A stretch of 64,000 nt of DNA from contig OZ024740.1 in assembly GCA_964016885.1 (NCBI GenBank), positions 268,150,001-268,214,000 on the forward strand, written 5' to 3'. A program made the translations under genes and the position numbers. Under the pieces are notes generated by a model. It was not told the origin of the DNA. It ran no database searches and worked only from the letters and a program-made list of their open reading frames with translations. Positions 27,801-41,194 of the stretch are shown here, piece by piece (within the stretch, counting starts at the first letter, position 1; every line of letters begins with the position of its first letter). This DNA is from Eledone cirrhosa (Eukaryota).

Positions 27801-30800
27801 AGATGCTATTTCTAGCACACCTATGGACCACCCCGATGCTTCCCCACTTAGCTGCTATTTCTAGCACACCTATGGGCCACCGTCAGGTTGTCTCTATTTA
27901 GCTGCTATTTCTAGCACACATATGGACTACCATGAGCTTCCATCTATTTAGCTTCTATCCTCGCACACCTATGGACCACCATGAGGTTCCCCTATTTAGC
28001 TGCTATTTCTAGCACACATATGGACCACCATGTGTTTACGTCTATTTAGCTGCTATTTCTAGCACACCTCCGGACTACCATGAATGTCACCCTATTTAGC
28101 TGCAATTTCTAGCACACCTAAGGACTACCATGAAGGTCACCCTATTTAGCTGCTATTTCTCGCACACCTTGAGTTTGCCCCTATTTAGCTGCTATTTCTA
28201 GCACACCGATGAACTATCATGCGGTTATCCTTATTTAGCTGCTATTTCTAGCACACCTAGTGACCACCCTGATGTTTCCCTACTTAGCTGCTATTTCTTG
28301 CAAACCTAATGGACCACCATGAGGTTCTCTCTACTTTGGTGCTATTTCTAGCACACACATGGACCACCATGAGGTTCCCCTATTTAGCTGTTATTTCTAG
28401 AATTCATACGGACCACCTTGAGGTTGCCCCTATTTAGCTACTATTTGTAGCACACCGATGGACCATCATGCGGTTATACTTATTTAGCTGCTATTTCGAG
28501 CACACCTAGGGACCACCCCGATGCTTCCCTACTTAGTTGCTATTTCTAGCACACCTATGGACCACCCCGATGTTTCCCTACTTAGCTGCTAATTCTAGCA
28601 CACCTATGGGTCACCATCAGATTGTTTCTATTTAGCTGCTATTTCTAGCACACATATGGACCAGCATGAGATTCCCCTATTTAGCTGCTCTTTCGAGCAC
28701 ACCTAGGGACCACCCCGATACTTCCCTACTTAGCTGCTGTTTCTTGCACAAATATGGACCATGATGAGGTTCTCTCTACTTAGCTGCTATTTCTAGCACA
28801 CATATGGACCACCATGAGGTTTCATCTATTTAGCTGCTATTCCTCGCACACCTATGGACCACCATGAGGTTCCCCTATTTAGCTGTTATTTCTAGCACAC
28901 ACATGGACCACTATGAGGTTACGTCTATTTAGCTGTTATCTCTAGTACACCGATGAACCATAATGCGGTTATCCTTATTTAGCTGCTATTTCCAGCACAC
29001 CTATGGACCACCCCGATGTTTCCCTACTTAGCTGCTATTTCTAGCACACGTATGGGCTACCATCAGTTTGTCTCTATGTTACTGCTATTCCTCGCACACA
29101 TATGGACCAGCATGAGGTTCCCCTATTTAGCTGCTTATTCTAGCACACCTATGGACCACCATGAGGTTCCCCTATTTAGCTGCTATTCCTAGCACACATA
29201 TGGACCACCATGAGTTTACGTCTATTTAGCTGCTATTTCTAGCACACCTCCGGACTACCATGATGGTCACCCTATTTAGCTGCTATTTCTAGCACACCTA
29301 TGGTCTACCATGACGGTCACCCTATTTAGCTGCTATTTCTAGCGCATCTATGGACCACCTTGAGGTTATACTTATTTAGCTGCTATTTCTTGCACACCTA
29401 TGGACCACCACGATGTTTCCCTACTTAGCTGCTATTTCTAGCACCTATGGACCACCACGAGGTTCCTCCTATTTAGCTGTTATTTCTCATACACCTAGGA
29501 GCCAGCCACCATGAGGTTCTCCCAATTTAGCTGTTATTACTCCCACAACTATGAACCACTATAATGTTGCCCTATTTAGCTACTATTTCTAGCACACCTA
29601 TGGACCACCTTGAGGTTGCCCCTATTTAGCTACTATTTATAGCACACCGATGAACCATCATGCGGTTATACTTATTTAGCTGCTATTTCGAGCACACCTA
29701 GGGACCACCCCGATGCTTCCCTATTTAGCTGCTATTTCTAGCACACCTATGGACCACCCCGATGTTTCCCTACTTAGCTGCTATTTTTAGCACACCTATG
29801 GGCCACCATCAGGTTGTTTCTATTTAGCTGCTATTTCTAGCACACATATGGACCAGCATGAGATTCTATCTATTTAGCTGCTATTCCTCGCACACCTATG
29901 GACCACCTTGAGGTTGCCCCTATTTAATTGCTCTTTCTAGCACACCTATGAACCAACATGCGGTTATACTTATTTAGCTGCTATTTCGAGCACACCTAGG
30001 GACCACCCCGATGTTTTCCTACTTAGCTGCTATTTCTTGCACATCTATGGACCACCTCGAGGTTACCCCTATTTAGGTGCTATTTCTAGCAAACCGATGG
30101 GCCATCATGTGGTTATCCTTATTTAGCTGCTATTTCTAGCACACCTATGGACCACGCCGATGATTCCCTACTTAGCTGCTATTTCTAGCACACATATGGA
30201 CCACCTCGATGTTTCCCTACTTAGCTGCTATTTCTAGCACACCTACGGACCACCCCGAAGTTTCCCTACTTAGCTGCTATTTCTAGCACACCTGTGGGCC
30301 ACCATCAGGTTGTTTCGATTTAGCTGCTATTTCTAGCACACATATGGACCAGTATGAGGTTCCATCTATTTAGCTGCTATTCCTCGCACACCTATGGACC
30401 ACCATGAGGTTCCCCTATTTACCTGCCATTTCTAGCACACCTCCGGACTACCATGACGGTGACCCTATTTAGCTGCTATTTCTAGCACACCTATGGACCA
30501 CCTTGAGGTTGCCCCTATTTAGGTGCTATTTCTAGCTCACCGATGGACCATCATGCGGTTATCCTTATATAGCTGCTATTTCTACCAAACCTATGGACCA
30601 CCACAATGTTTCCCTACTTAGCTGCTATTTCTAGCACACCTATGGACCACCATGAGATGCCTCCTATTTAGCTGCTATTTCTCGTACACCTATGATCCAC
30701 CATGAGGTTCCCCCAATTTAGCTGTTATTACTCGCACAACTATGAACCACCATAATGTTCCCCTATTTAGCTACTATTTCTAGCACACCTATGGACCATC

Positions 30801-31254
30801 ATACGGTTATCCTTATTTAGCTGCTATTTCTAGCACACTTCTTGTCTACCATGACGGTCCGCCTATTTAGGTGCTATTTCTACTTCATCTATGGACCACT
30901 CTGTGGTTGCCCCTATTTAGCTGCTATCTGTAACACACCTATGGACCGATGAGGTCCTTATTTAGCACACCTAATTTCCACCTTGAGGTTCCACCTGATT
31001 AGCTGATGTAGCTGCTATTTCTAGAACACCAATGGACTACAATGAGGTGCACCCTATTTAGCTGCAAATTCTAGCACACCTATGGACCACCATGAGTTTC
31101 TCCCTATTTAGCTGCTATTTCTAGCACACCAATGGCCCATCATAGGGTTATCACTATTTCACTGCTATTTGTAACACTTCTATGGACTACAATGATGTTC
31201 TTCTACTTAGCTGCTATTTCAACAACACATATGGGCAATCATGAGATTTCCCTT
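18833..31254 (+). repeat. Satellite array, 49-50-bp monomer, roughly 235 copies, with higher-order organisation
   Basis: Consensus TATTTAGCTGCTATTTCTAGCACACCTATGGACCACCATGAGGTTCCCC repeated head-to-tail; copy number estimated from length. Confidence 0.97.
19440..20186 (+). mobile_element. CR1-group LINE 3' fragment inserted in the satellite
   Basis: ORF 19491-19922 with LY..MVWPHLEFASPVW..LETVQRRASK..LPYSERL..LKLRRL..DL; (ATT)-like tail. Confidence 0.85.
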
Positions 31255-31317
31255 ATGTATGTATACATACACATACACATACCTACACACATACATACAT
31301 ACATACATACATACATG

Positions 31318-33033
31318 ATGGCTGCCTCCTCGTTATCGAGTATGGCCATTGCACGATATACCATTATTAATAATAATTAATTAATTCTATCGTGCAATGC
31401 CTGTGCATGAAGATATTTTTTAAATTGAGCAAATACTGTGCACTGAGCCAATCCCACTCTCTGAACGACAGTAGCTATAACCCGAAAAGAAGACAAGATC
31501 AACATCATCGGTAACTACTGAGCTGCAGGTTTTATTTCGGAGTTATCTCAGTTTCTTGAGTTGCCTTCTCCGAGGAGAATGCCCTGAGAAAGGTTAGGCG
31601 TCCTTCACTCCCAGTGGTTTAACCGCGATACATACATACATATACACATACATACATACATACATACATACATACATACATACATACATACATACATACA
31701 CACATACATACATACATGGTGGCTGCCAACTCGTTTTCGAGTACGGCCACTACTTTATATCCATGTAGGAGAACCCCTACCGATGCGCTGAACGAGTGTG
31801 GCTTTTTAGTCCAGCCAGCGACTTGAAAACTCTGGTACAAACACTTGTGACAATTACTGACACATAGTACTGGGCCCATGGTACCATGTGATGACAAGTG
31901 CAGAGAGATCTCTAGATATAAAGCAATGCCTGTGCCGTGAAGCTTTTATAGTGAGCAAAGGCACTGCACAAAGCCAGTCCCACTCTCTTAACCAAGATGA
32001 TATTTACCAAAAAGAAGAACAAGTCAACATCATTGGATACCATCAGGGTTGCAAGTGTTATATCAGAGTTTACCTTATCCTAGAATTCTGCCTTGACAAA
32101 GGCTAAGGGGTCATCTCTCCCGGTGATTTTGGATGGCCATTGACTCTTAAGAGCTCCTTTGCCCTTTGACAGGTTTTGTTTTTAGTCCTGCAGGATGTCC
32201 AAAGTCACCCTCCTCACCAAGAAACCTTGGTGTGGTAGCTAGTTTAGTCGCCAACGACCCGACCATGGGACAGGTTGTACTGGGATACATGTTACCAGTA
32301 GCACCAACTGGTGACCTGACAGACCTGACATACATACATACATACATACATACATACATACATACATACATACATGGTGGCTGCCAACTCGTTTTCGAGT
32401 ACGGCCACTACTTTATATCCATGTAGGAGAACCCCTACCAATGCGCTGAACGAGTGTGACTTTTTAGTCCCGCCAGCGACTTGAAAACTCTGGTACAAAC
32501 ACTACACTTGTGACAATTATTGACACATAGTGCTGGGCCCATGGTACCATGTGACGACAAGTGCAGAGAGATCTCCAGATATAAAGCAATGCCTGTGCCG
32601 TGAAGCTTTTATAGTGAGCAAAGGCACTGCACAAAGCCAGTCCCACTCTCTTAACCAAGATGATATTTACCAAAAAGAAGAACAAGTCAACATCATTGGA
32701 TACCATCAGGGTTGCAGGTGTTATATCAGAGTTTTCCTTCTCCTAGAATTCTGCCTTGACAAAGGCTAAGGGCTCATCTCTCCCGGAAACATACATACAT
32801 ACATACGTACATGGTGGCTGCCAACTCGTCTTCGAGTACGGCCACTTCTTTATATCCATGTAGGAGAACCCCTACCGATACGCTGAACGAGTGTGACTTT
32901 TTAGTCCAGCTAGCGACTTGAAAACTCTGGTACAAACACTACACTTGTGACAATTATTGACACATAGTGCTGGGCCCATGGTACTATGTGAGGACAAGTG
33001 CAGAGAGATCTCCAGATATAAAGCAATGCCTGT
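31318..33033 (-). mobile_element. Head-to-tail cluster of four RTE-derived elements (B 31318-31628; A 31716-32320, 32374-32786, 32811-33033)
   Basis: Copies separated by (TACA)n, all in the same orientation. Confidence 0.85.
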
Positions 33034-33487
33034 ACTGTACTGTACTGTACTGTACATACATACATACATACATACATACATGTATGCTTTATGTATGTAT
33101 GCTTGTATGTTTTTTAATATTTTCTCTTTTAGTTTATTTGTGTAATATATTCCAAACTGTCAAAATGTTTGAACGACCTCGTAACTGTCTTTTCAATTTT
33201 AACGATACTTTCATGATCCCTTCACACCTTATTATTATGCACATTAATATGTTCAACATTTTATATTTTCTTCATCATTACCATACAGCATTTCTCTCAT
33301 TCCGACCACCCAAGCGTTCTCCATTTTTTTTACTGATATATCTTTCCGTCTTTCAAATTCCTTATCTTCTGTGTTTCACTTTCACTCTATCTAGCCACCC
33401 CAAGGAAATAACTTACCTCTAAAGATATAGAATATTTTATGTGTTATGCAACCTAACAACTTTTTAAAAGACTAAATGCAATAACCC

Positions 33488-33641
33488 TTCTTCTTCTTCT
33501 TCTTCTTCTTCTTCTTCTTCTTCTTCTTCTTCTTCTTCTTCTTCTTCTTCTTCTTCTTCTTCTTCTTCTTCTTCTTCTTCTTCTTCTTCTTCTTCTTCTT
33601 CTTCTTCTTCTTCTTCTTCTTCTTCTTCTTCTTCTTCTTCT

Positions 33642-33679
<38 letters not shown>

Positions 33680-33945
33680 TTCTCCTTCGTCGTCGTCGTC
33701 TTCTTCTTCTTCTTCTTCTTCTTCTTCTTCTTCTTCTTCTTCTTCTTCTTCTTCTTCTTCTTCTTCTTCTTCTTCTTCTTCTTCTTCTTCTTCTTCTTCT
33801 TCTTCTTCTTCTTCTTGAGAGAAACGTGGGGCAGAGTTCTAAAACACTCTTTCGAATGGGGCCTGTCAGAAGCAACTGATCCGGCTGGATCCCCAAGTGC
33901 GACCAATCAAGCTCATGGATTTTATCCACCCATCTTGATCGACGA
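33488..33945 (-). mobile_element. RTE 3' end (33815-33945) with a ~330-bp (GAA)n/(GAC)n tail
   Basis: Minus translation RWVDKIHELDWSHLGIQPDQL; same arrangement at 63669-63930. Confidence 0.7.
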
Positions 33946-34482
33946 AAATCAACTAGCCACTCTTTTTCAGAGAACATTCTGTCTAGGAAACATTGATAAC
34001 TTCCAGAAATCCCTGGCTTTGCACTACTACCGAAAAGCATTGCCAATTCACGATAAACTCTACACTGTAGAGTCTACAGTCATGAAAGTGCTGTTAACCG
34101 GGCCTGTCCGAGATGTGCGCACTCATCTAGTTCCGATGATTAGAAGAACATTAGAGTGGAGAGGGAAGTGCTGCCTTCCAACCAGTTTATTAAAAAGCTT
34201 GGGGAAAGAGTTGAGTATGATCCGAGTGTGGGCCTGCTCTGCGTGTGCGCCCGTAAATTAGAGGAGGAAAACTGGCAGGGGGCACTAGACCTAGTGGTCA
34301 GGGTGACCATGGCTTTTCGTAGGCTTTCTCCACGATGTTTTCCTCGGATATCTGTCAACTCTTGCGGAGTTTTCTTTGTTTTATTTTTAAATGTTTATTT
34401 TTCAACATAAAAACCCAGACTGTATCATCCTGTTTGACTTCATTGTTTACTTAATGCCAGCCTTGTGAGGCTAATAAAGATA
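33940..34482 (+). mobile_element. Diverged Tx1-like LINE 3' fragment
   Basis: DENQLATLFQRTF..DNFQKSLALHYYRKALP matches 49103-49831; ends gctaataaag. Confidence 0.7.
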
Positions 34483-34686
34483 CTATTATCGAATATGGTC
34501 CGTCTTCTAATGTATACCTTAATGGCGATGAAACAGCGCGACCAACCGGCAATTTAAAAAAAAAAATTAACTCATCGTATATGTTCAGGGTGTTAGTTCA
34601 CGATTTTGCTCACGACTGATAGCTGTTAACAATGAAAACGTGACTATATCTAAACTATATCTATCTGCCTATCTATCCATCGCTCT

Positions 34687-34797
<111 letters not shown>

Positions 34798-34969
34798 GAT
34801 AAATCTACCAAAAGTTTACGGTAGTGTCCAATCCGTATGAAGAACTCAATGTAATCCGGATATCATGAAAAGAGAAGATGCATTCAAAAACTACTTTCGG
34901 TGAAAAATAAACGGAAAACAGAGTCAAGATAAATTATTAAAAAAACAATGAATAAACAAAGAAACAGTT

Positions 34970-35010
<41 letters not shown>

Positions 35011-35015
<5 letters not shown>

Positions 35016-35466
35016 CAAAATATTAATAAATGAAGACATTTCATAATCAAAATATATGTATTATTATATATATTTCGAAGGTACTGTTCTGTTTTTTCAA
35101 TACGTCCTCGTCAGATAAAATACATGAATTGATGTATGACATACCTCAACGGTCTTGATGGTTCAATTCCAGTATTGGAATACTGGAATACTTGAATTAT
35201 TGGAATACTGGAATTGAACCATCAAGACCGTTGAGGTATGTCACACATCAATTCATTTATTTTATCTGACGGGGACGTACATAAAAAACCGCATAGTACC
35301 TTCGAAATATATATAATAAAACATATATTTTGATTATGTGAATGTCTACATTTATTAATATTTTGAATAATATTAATAACTCCAGAAAACCTCTTTGTAG
35401 AGTGCTTTTAATCTATTGTAAAACTATATTCATTGAGTAATCAATGAAACATATTAATCTTTGGTT
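35011..35466 (+). mobile_element. Fold-back PLE-like element (arms 35011-35185 / 35200-35372) plus tail, with HHR in both arms
   Basis: Right arm 35260-35321 TTTTAT-CTGACGG-ggacgtac/gtaccttc-GAAA-TATATA-TA-ATAAAA; left arm (-, 35061-35118) has CTGACGA; (TA)n flanks. Confidence 0.8.
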
Positions 35467-35648
35467 ATATATATATATATCCGTCCTTTAAAACACCGTC
35501 AACAAACTGAACCACTTGTACACTCAAAGGGATTTTCAAGAGATGTTGACTCGAATAGACCTGCTTTTCCCCATAGAAATCTTTTTCGTTTCTGCCACAC
35601 TGCTCAATCTCATCTATTTTTTTATTTCGTCTTTAATTTCTCATTGTA

Positions 35649-35684
35649 TTTTCTGATGAACGCCTAGCGTTCGAAACATTAGAT
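35649..35684 (+). ncRNA. Degenerate minimal hammerhead
   Basis: CTGATGA-acgc-cta-gcgt-tc-GAAAC-ATT-AGA; imperfect stems I and III. Confidence 0.45.
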
Positions 35685-36032
35685 ATATATGAATATGTGT
35701 GTATATCATTATGTGCATATGTGTAAATGTGTATTTAGGTTTGCATCTATTTGTGCGTATGTGTATTTTTGGTTGGATATCAATATAACTGTACCTCTCT
35801 CTATATATATAGTGTGGATATATGCACTTTGTAATCTATGAAATTTATGTGTTTTAACTATGCCAACATGTATTTATCTGCGTTTGATTATTTGCATAAA
35901 CATACTTGATAGTATTTTAGAATGTATCATATGCTGTATTATACTAAGTGCTATTTACCACACCGTACTATATTGTGTTGGTTAAGTTGTATATTATCGC
36001 ATTACTGTATTTCATTATCTTATTATAATTTA

Positions 36033-36222
36033 GGGTGGTGGATTGGCAGTATCGGTGGAGGGTCGGACGCCATGCTTTCGGGCATAGTGACGTCCCTTTA
36101 CGATCTGAGTTCAAATCCCGCCGAGGTTGACTTTGCCTTTCATCCTTACAGGGTCGATAAAATAAAGTACCAGTAATGTACTGGGTAATTGCTGGCCTTA
36201 TGCCTAAAGTAGAAACAATTAT
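36033..36222 (+). mobile_element. OK-type tRNA SINE
   Basis: Full match to 6222-6410; flanked by attatcttattataattt direct repeat. Confidence 0.85.
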
Positions 36223-36764
36223 CTTATTATAATTTTCATCTTTTAATATACTATCTTTCCTAGCCATAACCTTAATTTATATTCACCTAAAAACTCAATT
36301 CAACACTAATCACCATTTATTTTGACATTCTTTTTAACTTCATTATACCAGATACATTCAACTATCAGTTTGACAATCCCTTTCCTCCTAATAGATTTTT
36401 ATGCCAATTCTACTATTAACACCATTCAACCATTCCTTTCAAAGGGTCATGACCTCAACTAAAGTGTATTACTTTTCATCTTAACACTATATGATAAAAG
36501 CAATTTTATTCGTTAGTTCTTTAACTATCTCCAAATAAGGACATGATACTAACATACTACTAATTCTGAATAAAATTATTATTGCTTTTGAAAACAGCTG
36601 GTGATATGTATGTAAGTAAATATTCTCTTTATCTGATATTTTGTAACTAACCTTACATAGATCAATAACGGAGTATAGCTACAATGTATTATCATCATCT
36701 AGAAACGATCGTAAAGCAGTGAAGTATATCTCTAATGACTTGATTTTTTATTTCATTGTTTTAA

Positions 36765-36806
<42 letters not shown>

Positions 36807-36940
36807 AAAATGGAACGGGATCAAAACAGAGAGGCAGTACAGACAAAGGTTTATTAGTTTCAGGCTCTTGAGGGTGTATATATATATATATATATATGCA
36901 TGTATTTATATATATATATATATTTTTATATGCATGTATG

Positions 36941-36979
<39 letters not shown>

Positions 36980-37167
36980 GTGTGTGTGTGTGTGTATGTA
37001 TGTATATATATATATATATATATTCATTCATTTGTTGTGTGGTTCACCAATGTTTAGAACTGGTCATTCCGTTTAGATAACCATAATGTAATAGTAAAAA
37101 AAAATCACACTACGTTATGCAACTTATCCATCATCTATCTTAGATGTTAAATCCAATGGCTGGTGCA

Positions 37168-37243
<76 letters not shown>

Positions 37244-37639
37244 GTGTTTGTGTGTGTGTGTGTGTTTGTGTCAGTATGTATGCATGTATGTGAATGTATG
37301 TATGTATGTATGCTTATATATATCTGTGTGTATGTATATATGTGTATATATATATATGTATGTATGGCAGTAATACGACACTATATAACACATACAACCA
37401 ACCTATTAAAACAACAACTAAGACAACAACAACTATATAACTGTGACTAAATTCCCCCATGATGACGTGATGTTGCTTTGCTCACCATATTTTGTCTCTT
37501 AATATTTAGTTGTATGTTTGATTTTGTTGTTGTTCTTCCTTGTTTTCATTTTTTTGTGTTTGTTTGTTTGTTTGTTTGTAGTTATGCACTTCGTCTTTTT
37601 CTCGTTCTTCACATTCCACTACAGCGATGGTTGTGGATG

Positions 37640-37663
37640 GTGCTGCTGCTGCTACTGCTGCTG

Positions 37664-37699
<36 letters not shown>

Positions 37700-37700
37700 T

Positions 37701-37748
<48 letters not shown>

Positions 37749-37784
37749 CACCACCAACACCAACACCACCACCACCACCACCAT

Positions 37785-37852
<68 letters not shown>

Positions 37853-37853
37853 T

Positions 37854-37925
<72 letters not shown>

Positions 37926-37945
37926 AAATAATAATAATAATAATG
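37640..37945. repeat. (TAC)n/(CAC)n/(TAA)n microsatellite abutting a SINE tail (37945-38040, -)
   Basis: Directly visible. Confidence 0.9.
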
Positions 37946-38454
37946 TTTCTACTTTTGCCACAAGGCCAGCAATTATCCCAGTGCATTACTGGTGTTTTAT
38001 TTTATCGACCAAGTAAGGATGAAAGGCAAAGTTAACCTCGTTTGTTAATTCAAATATTTGTAGTATTTTTACTACTGGATAGATTATTGTGGTAAATTGC
38101 AGAAGACTTTAATTTTTAAAGTGATACAGTCTCTTGTGGGGCATTAAGAGATAATTCAAATGTTTATAGTCTTTATAAGAATGAATAGATCTTAGTGAAA
38201 GTTTTCTGTTTAATGTAAATACTGTAGACATATGTCTTGCTAATGCAGTTTCATACAGTACAGGATGTTATGAGTTAAAGAATATTTCACAAAATGCATG
38301 AGGAATATATTAATTACTTTTGTTTCAATTGTTATTTTAGATATTTCGAGCCGTTCAGAAGTCTAGTATGGAATTACTACGTGTCATAGAAAAATATCAT
38401 GATAGGATATGTGGTGAGCAATTGTCTTTTTTGTAATAATATTGCTTTTTGTTG

Positions 38455-39060
38455 TTCTTCTTTTCTTCTTTGCCCACATATTCCTGGGAGGGTCATAGGG
38501 GCAGAGTCCTCAAATATACCTTCCAGCGGAGGTCCTGTCAGAAGTAATTGTCTCCAGTTGATCCGGCTGGATCCTCAAGCGACACCAGCTGAGCTTATGG
38601 ATGTTATCTGACCATCTTGCTCAGAGTCAAACCCTGGGTCTCTTGCCGGCTGGTTTTATCCATAAATTATGTCCAGCGATTCTTTTCTGAGACATTTTAA
38701 CCACATGTCTATAGTGTCAAAGCTTGAACTCAGAACGTAAAGGGCCATGACTCTATGCTACAAAACCTGGTGTTTGATGCTCTACAATAATAATAATGAT
38801 TTCTACTTTAGGCACCAGGCCAGCAATTTGAAGGGGAGGGGAACGTCAATTAAATTGACCCCAGTGCATTACTGGTGCTTTAATTTATCGACACCGGCGG
38901 TTTTTTTAAATCAGAACGTAAAAAGCCTAAACTGCATGCAGCAAAGCATATTGTTCGACGCTCTACCGCGGGATTTCAACTCAGAATGTAGAAAGTTTTA
39001 ACTAAATACTCTAAAGCATCTTGTCCGACACTCTACCGATACTGACAATCCTAATAATAA
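38455..39060 (-). mobile_element. RTE 3' fragment (38455-38710) followed by nested SINE fragments
   Basis: tctccagttgatccggctggatcc family; aggccagcaattt.., gaactcagaacgtaaa. Confidence 0.65.
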
Positions 39061-39412
39061 TAACAATTAACCTATTTCCAGAAGCGCATCAAAAGATGCT
39101 GCAATGGTTCATAGTTTCATAATGGCTGTAGAGATCAGTTACTGATCAACAAAGCCTTAAACCAACTACTGCAGAAAGAGAAAAAAGGATTTTAGCATAG
39201 CATGAATTGATTACCAGAAGGCTTTTAACAGTGTTTATCACACTTGGATATCGGACACATTAGCTATGAACAAAGTAGCTTCAACCGTAATAATAATAAA
39301 GTATTCATAAGCCATGACATGAGTAAGTAGCAAATAATTCTACAGATATAGACGAATGCATGCTTTGTCCCTTAACTCCTGCGAGAGTCGCAGGGATGCC
39401 ATATTGACATAC

Positions 39413-39612
39413 GACTATCAGCTGAAAATTTTATAGGCACACTAAGGTACTTTTATGTAATAACGAAATGAAGTTAATTTTTCAACATAGTCCCTGGAAA
39501 GAAATAATGCAGTTATTGACAAGAAGAGCCGAAATTAATGCATGCAAGATTTCACAGCTCTAGCATCACTCCTTCATAGTCAACATTTGAACTTTTCAAC
39601 CGATTCCCGTAT
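39413..39612. mobile_element. Mariner-type MITE, reverse orientation
   Basis: cagctgaaaattttataggc ... tgaacttttcaaccga; interior is the reverse complement of 626-826. Confidence 0.6.
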
Positions 39613-40079
39613 GTCGTTTCTAGGATATTTCTGAGTCTGGCGGAGTCCAATCCGTTCTAGGAAGAACGAATGAAGGTGTTATAAAAACTGAGCCCTATTT
39701 ACAGAGGAATATTTTAAGAGACTCTCTATTTCTGCCCCTCTTCTTCCTAGCACTTACTCCATTAACTGAGATGCTAAAGATTACTGGACATAAATATAAA
39801 TGATACGACAAGAAAATCAACCATAACTTGTATATAGAAGAGCTCAAGATGTCAAGATGTATGCTACAGACGATAGACAACTGGAGATATTACGACAGAC
39901 ACTACATGGATTTACAAGAGAACACGTAAAATTAGAAATAGAAAAATATGCTTTCTTCTACGTTCTCTCTCCCATCTCCATATAAATATTCGGTCGTCAA
40001 GTATGAAATTTGTAGAGATTTGTTTTTTTTCCTACAAATTTCTACAAATTTCATACTTGATGACCCGATATTATCTTCT

Positions 40080-40262
40080 TTGGCAGTATCGGTAGAGGGT
40101 AGGACACCGTGCTTTGAAGCATAGAGTTACGTCTCTTTATGATCTGAGTTCAAATCCCGCCGAGGTTAACTTTGCCTTTCATCCTTACGGGGTCGATAAA
40201 ATAAAGTACCAGTAATGTACTGGGTAATTTCTGGCCTTGTGCCAATAGTAGAAACAATTATC
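40080..40262 (+). mobile_element. OK-type tRNA SINE
   Basis: B box gagttcaaatcc; matches the consensus. Confidence 0.85.
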
Positions 40263-40304
40263 TTCTCTGTGCATATTGCTTCATTTTCTTCCTTAATTTT
40301 CCTT

Positions 40305-40553
40305 CGTAGTCATCAGCATCACCATCACCATCAGCAGCATATTCATCACCATCATCAACATCATCATCATCATCATCACCATCATCATTAGCATCATCAT
40401 CATCATCACCATCATCATCATCAGCAGCAACAGCAGCAGCAGTAACATTACCATCATCATCATCATCATCATCATCATACCCATCACCATTAGCATCATC
40501 ATCATCATCATCATCACCATCAACATCATCATCATCATGATCATCAACATTGC

Positions 40554-40630
<77 letters not shown>

Positions 40631-41150
40631 GCAACATCATAATCATCGTCATCATCATCATCCTCATCATTATCATCACCATTACCATCACTATCACCAT
40701 CACCATCATTATCATCACGATCATCACCACCATCATCACCACCACCACCACCACCACCACCATCATCACCATCATCAACATCACGATCATCATCTTCACC
40801 ATCATCACCACCATCATCACCAGCACCATCATCATCATCATCATCATCAACATACTAAACACTTCTTCAAACACCTTCACCTCCAACACTCTCCCTTCCT
40901 TCACTTCTCTTCTATTGCCACCTCCTCCACATCCTCTCTGAAATCATCATCATCATCATCAATGACATCATCAACATCAACCGACACCTCCGCCGCCAAC
41001 GTTTCCTCTCGTACTCCGTCTCCACTACTGCTTCTCATCACCATCCTCCTCCTCCTCCTCCTCCTCCTCCTCCTCCTCCTCCTCCTCCTCCTCCCCCTCC
41101 TCCTCCTCACGCCTCCTCCTTATTATCATCATCATCATCATCACTACCGC

Positions 41151-41194
<44 letters not shown>

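Noticed and set aside
18833-31254. CRISPR-like array (constant ~25-bp repeat plus variable segment)
   Set aside because: Variable parts are homologous to each other and recur in order; no cas genes; eukaryotic context
33488-34482. Koshi-like TTC-targeted Tx1 insertion
   Set aside because: The (TTC)n tract is the tail of an opposite-strand RTE fragment; the Tx1 piece has no TTC at its 3' end
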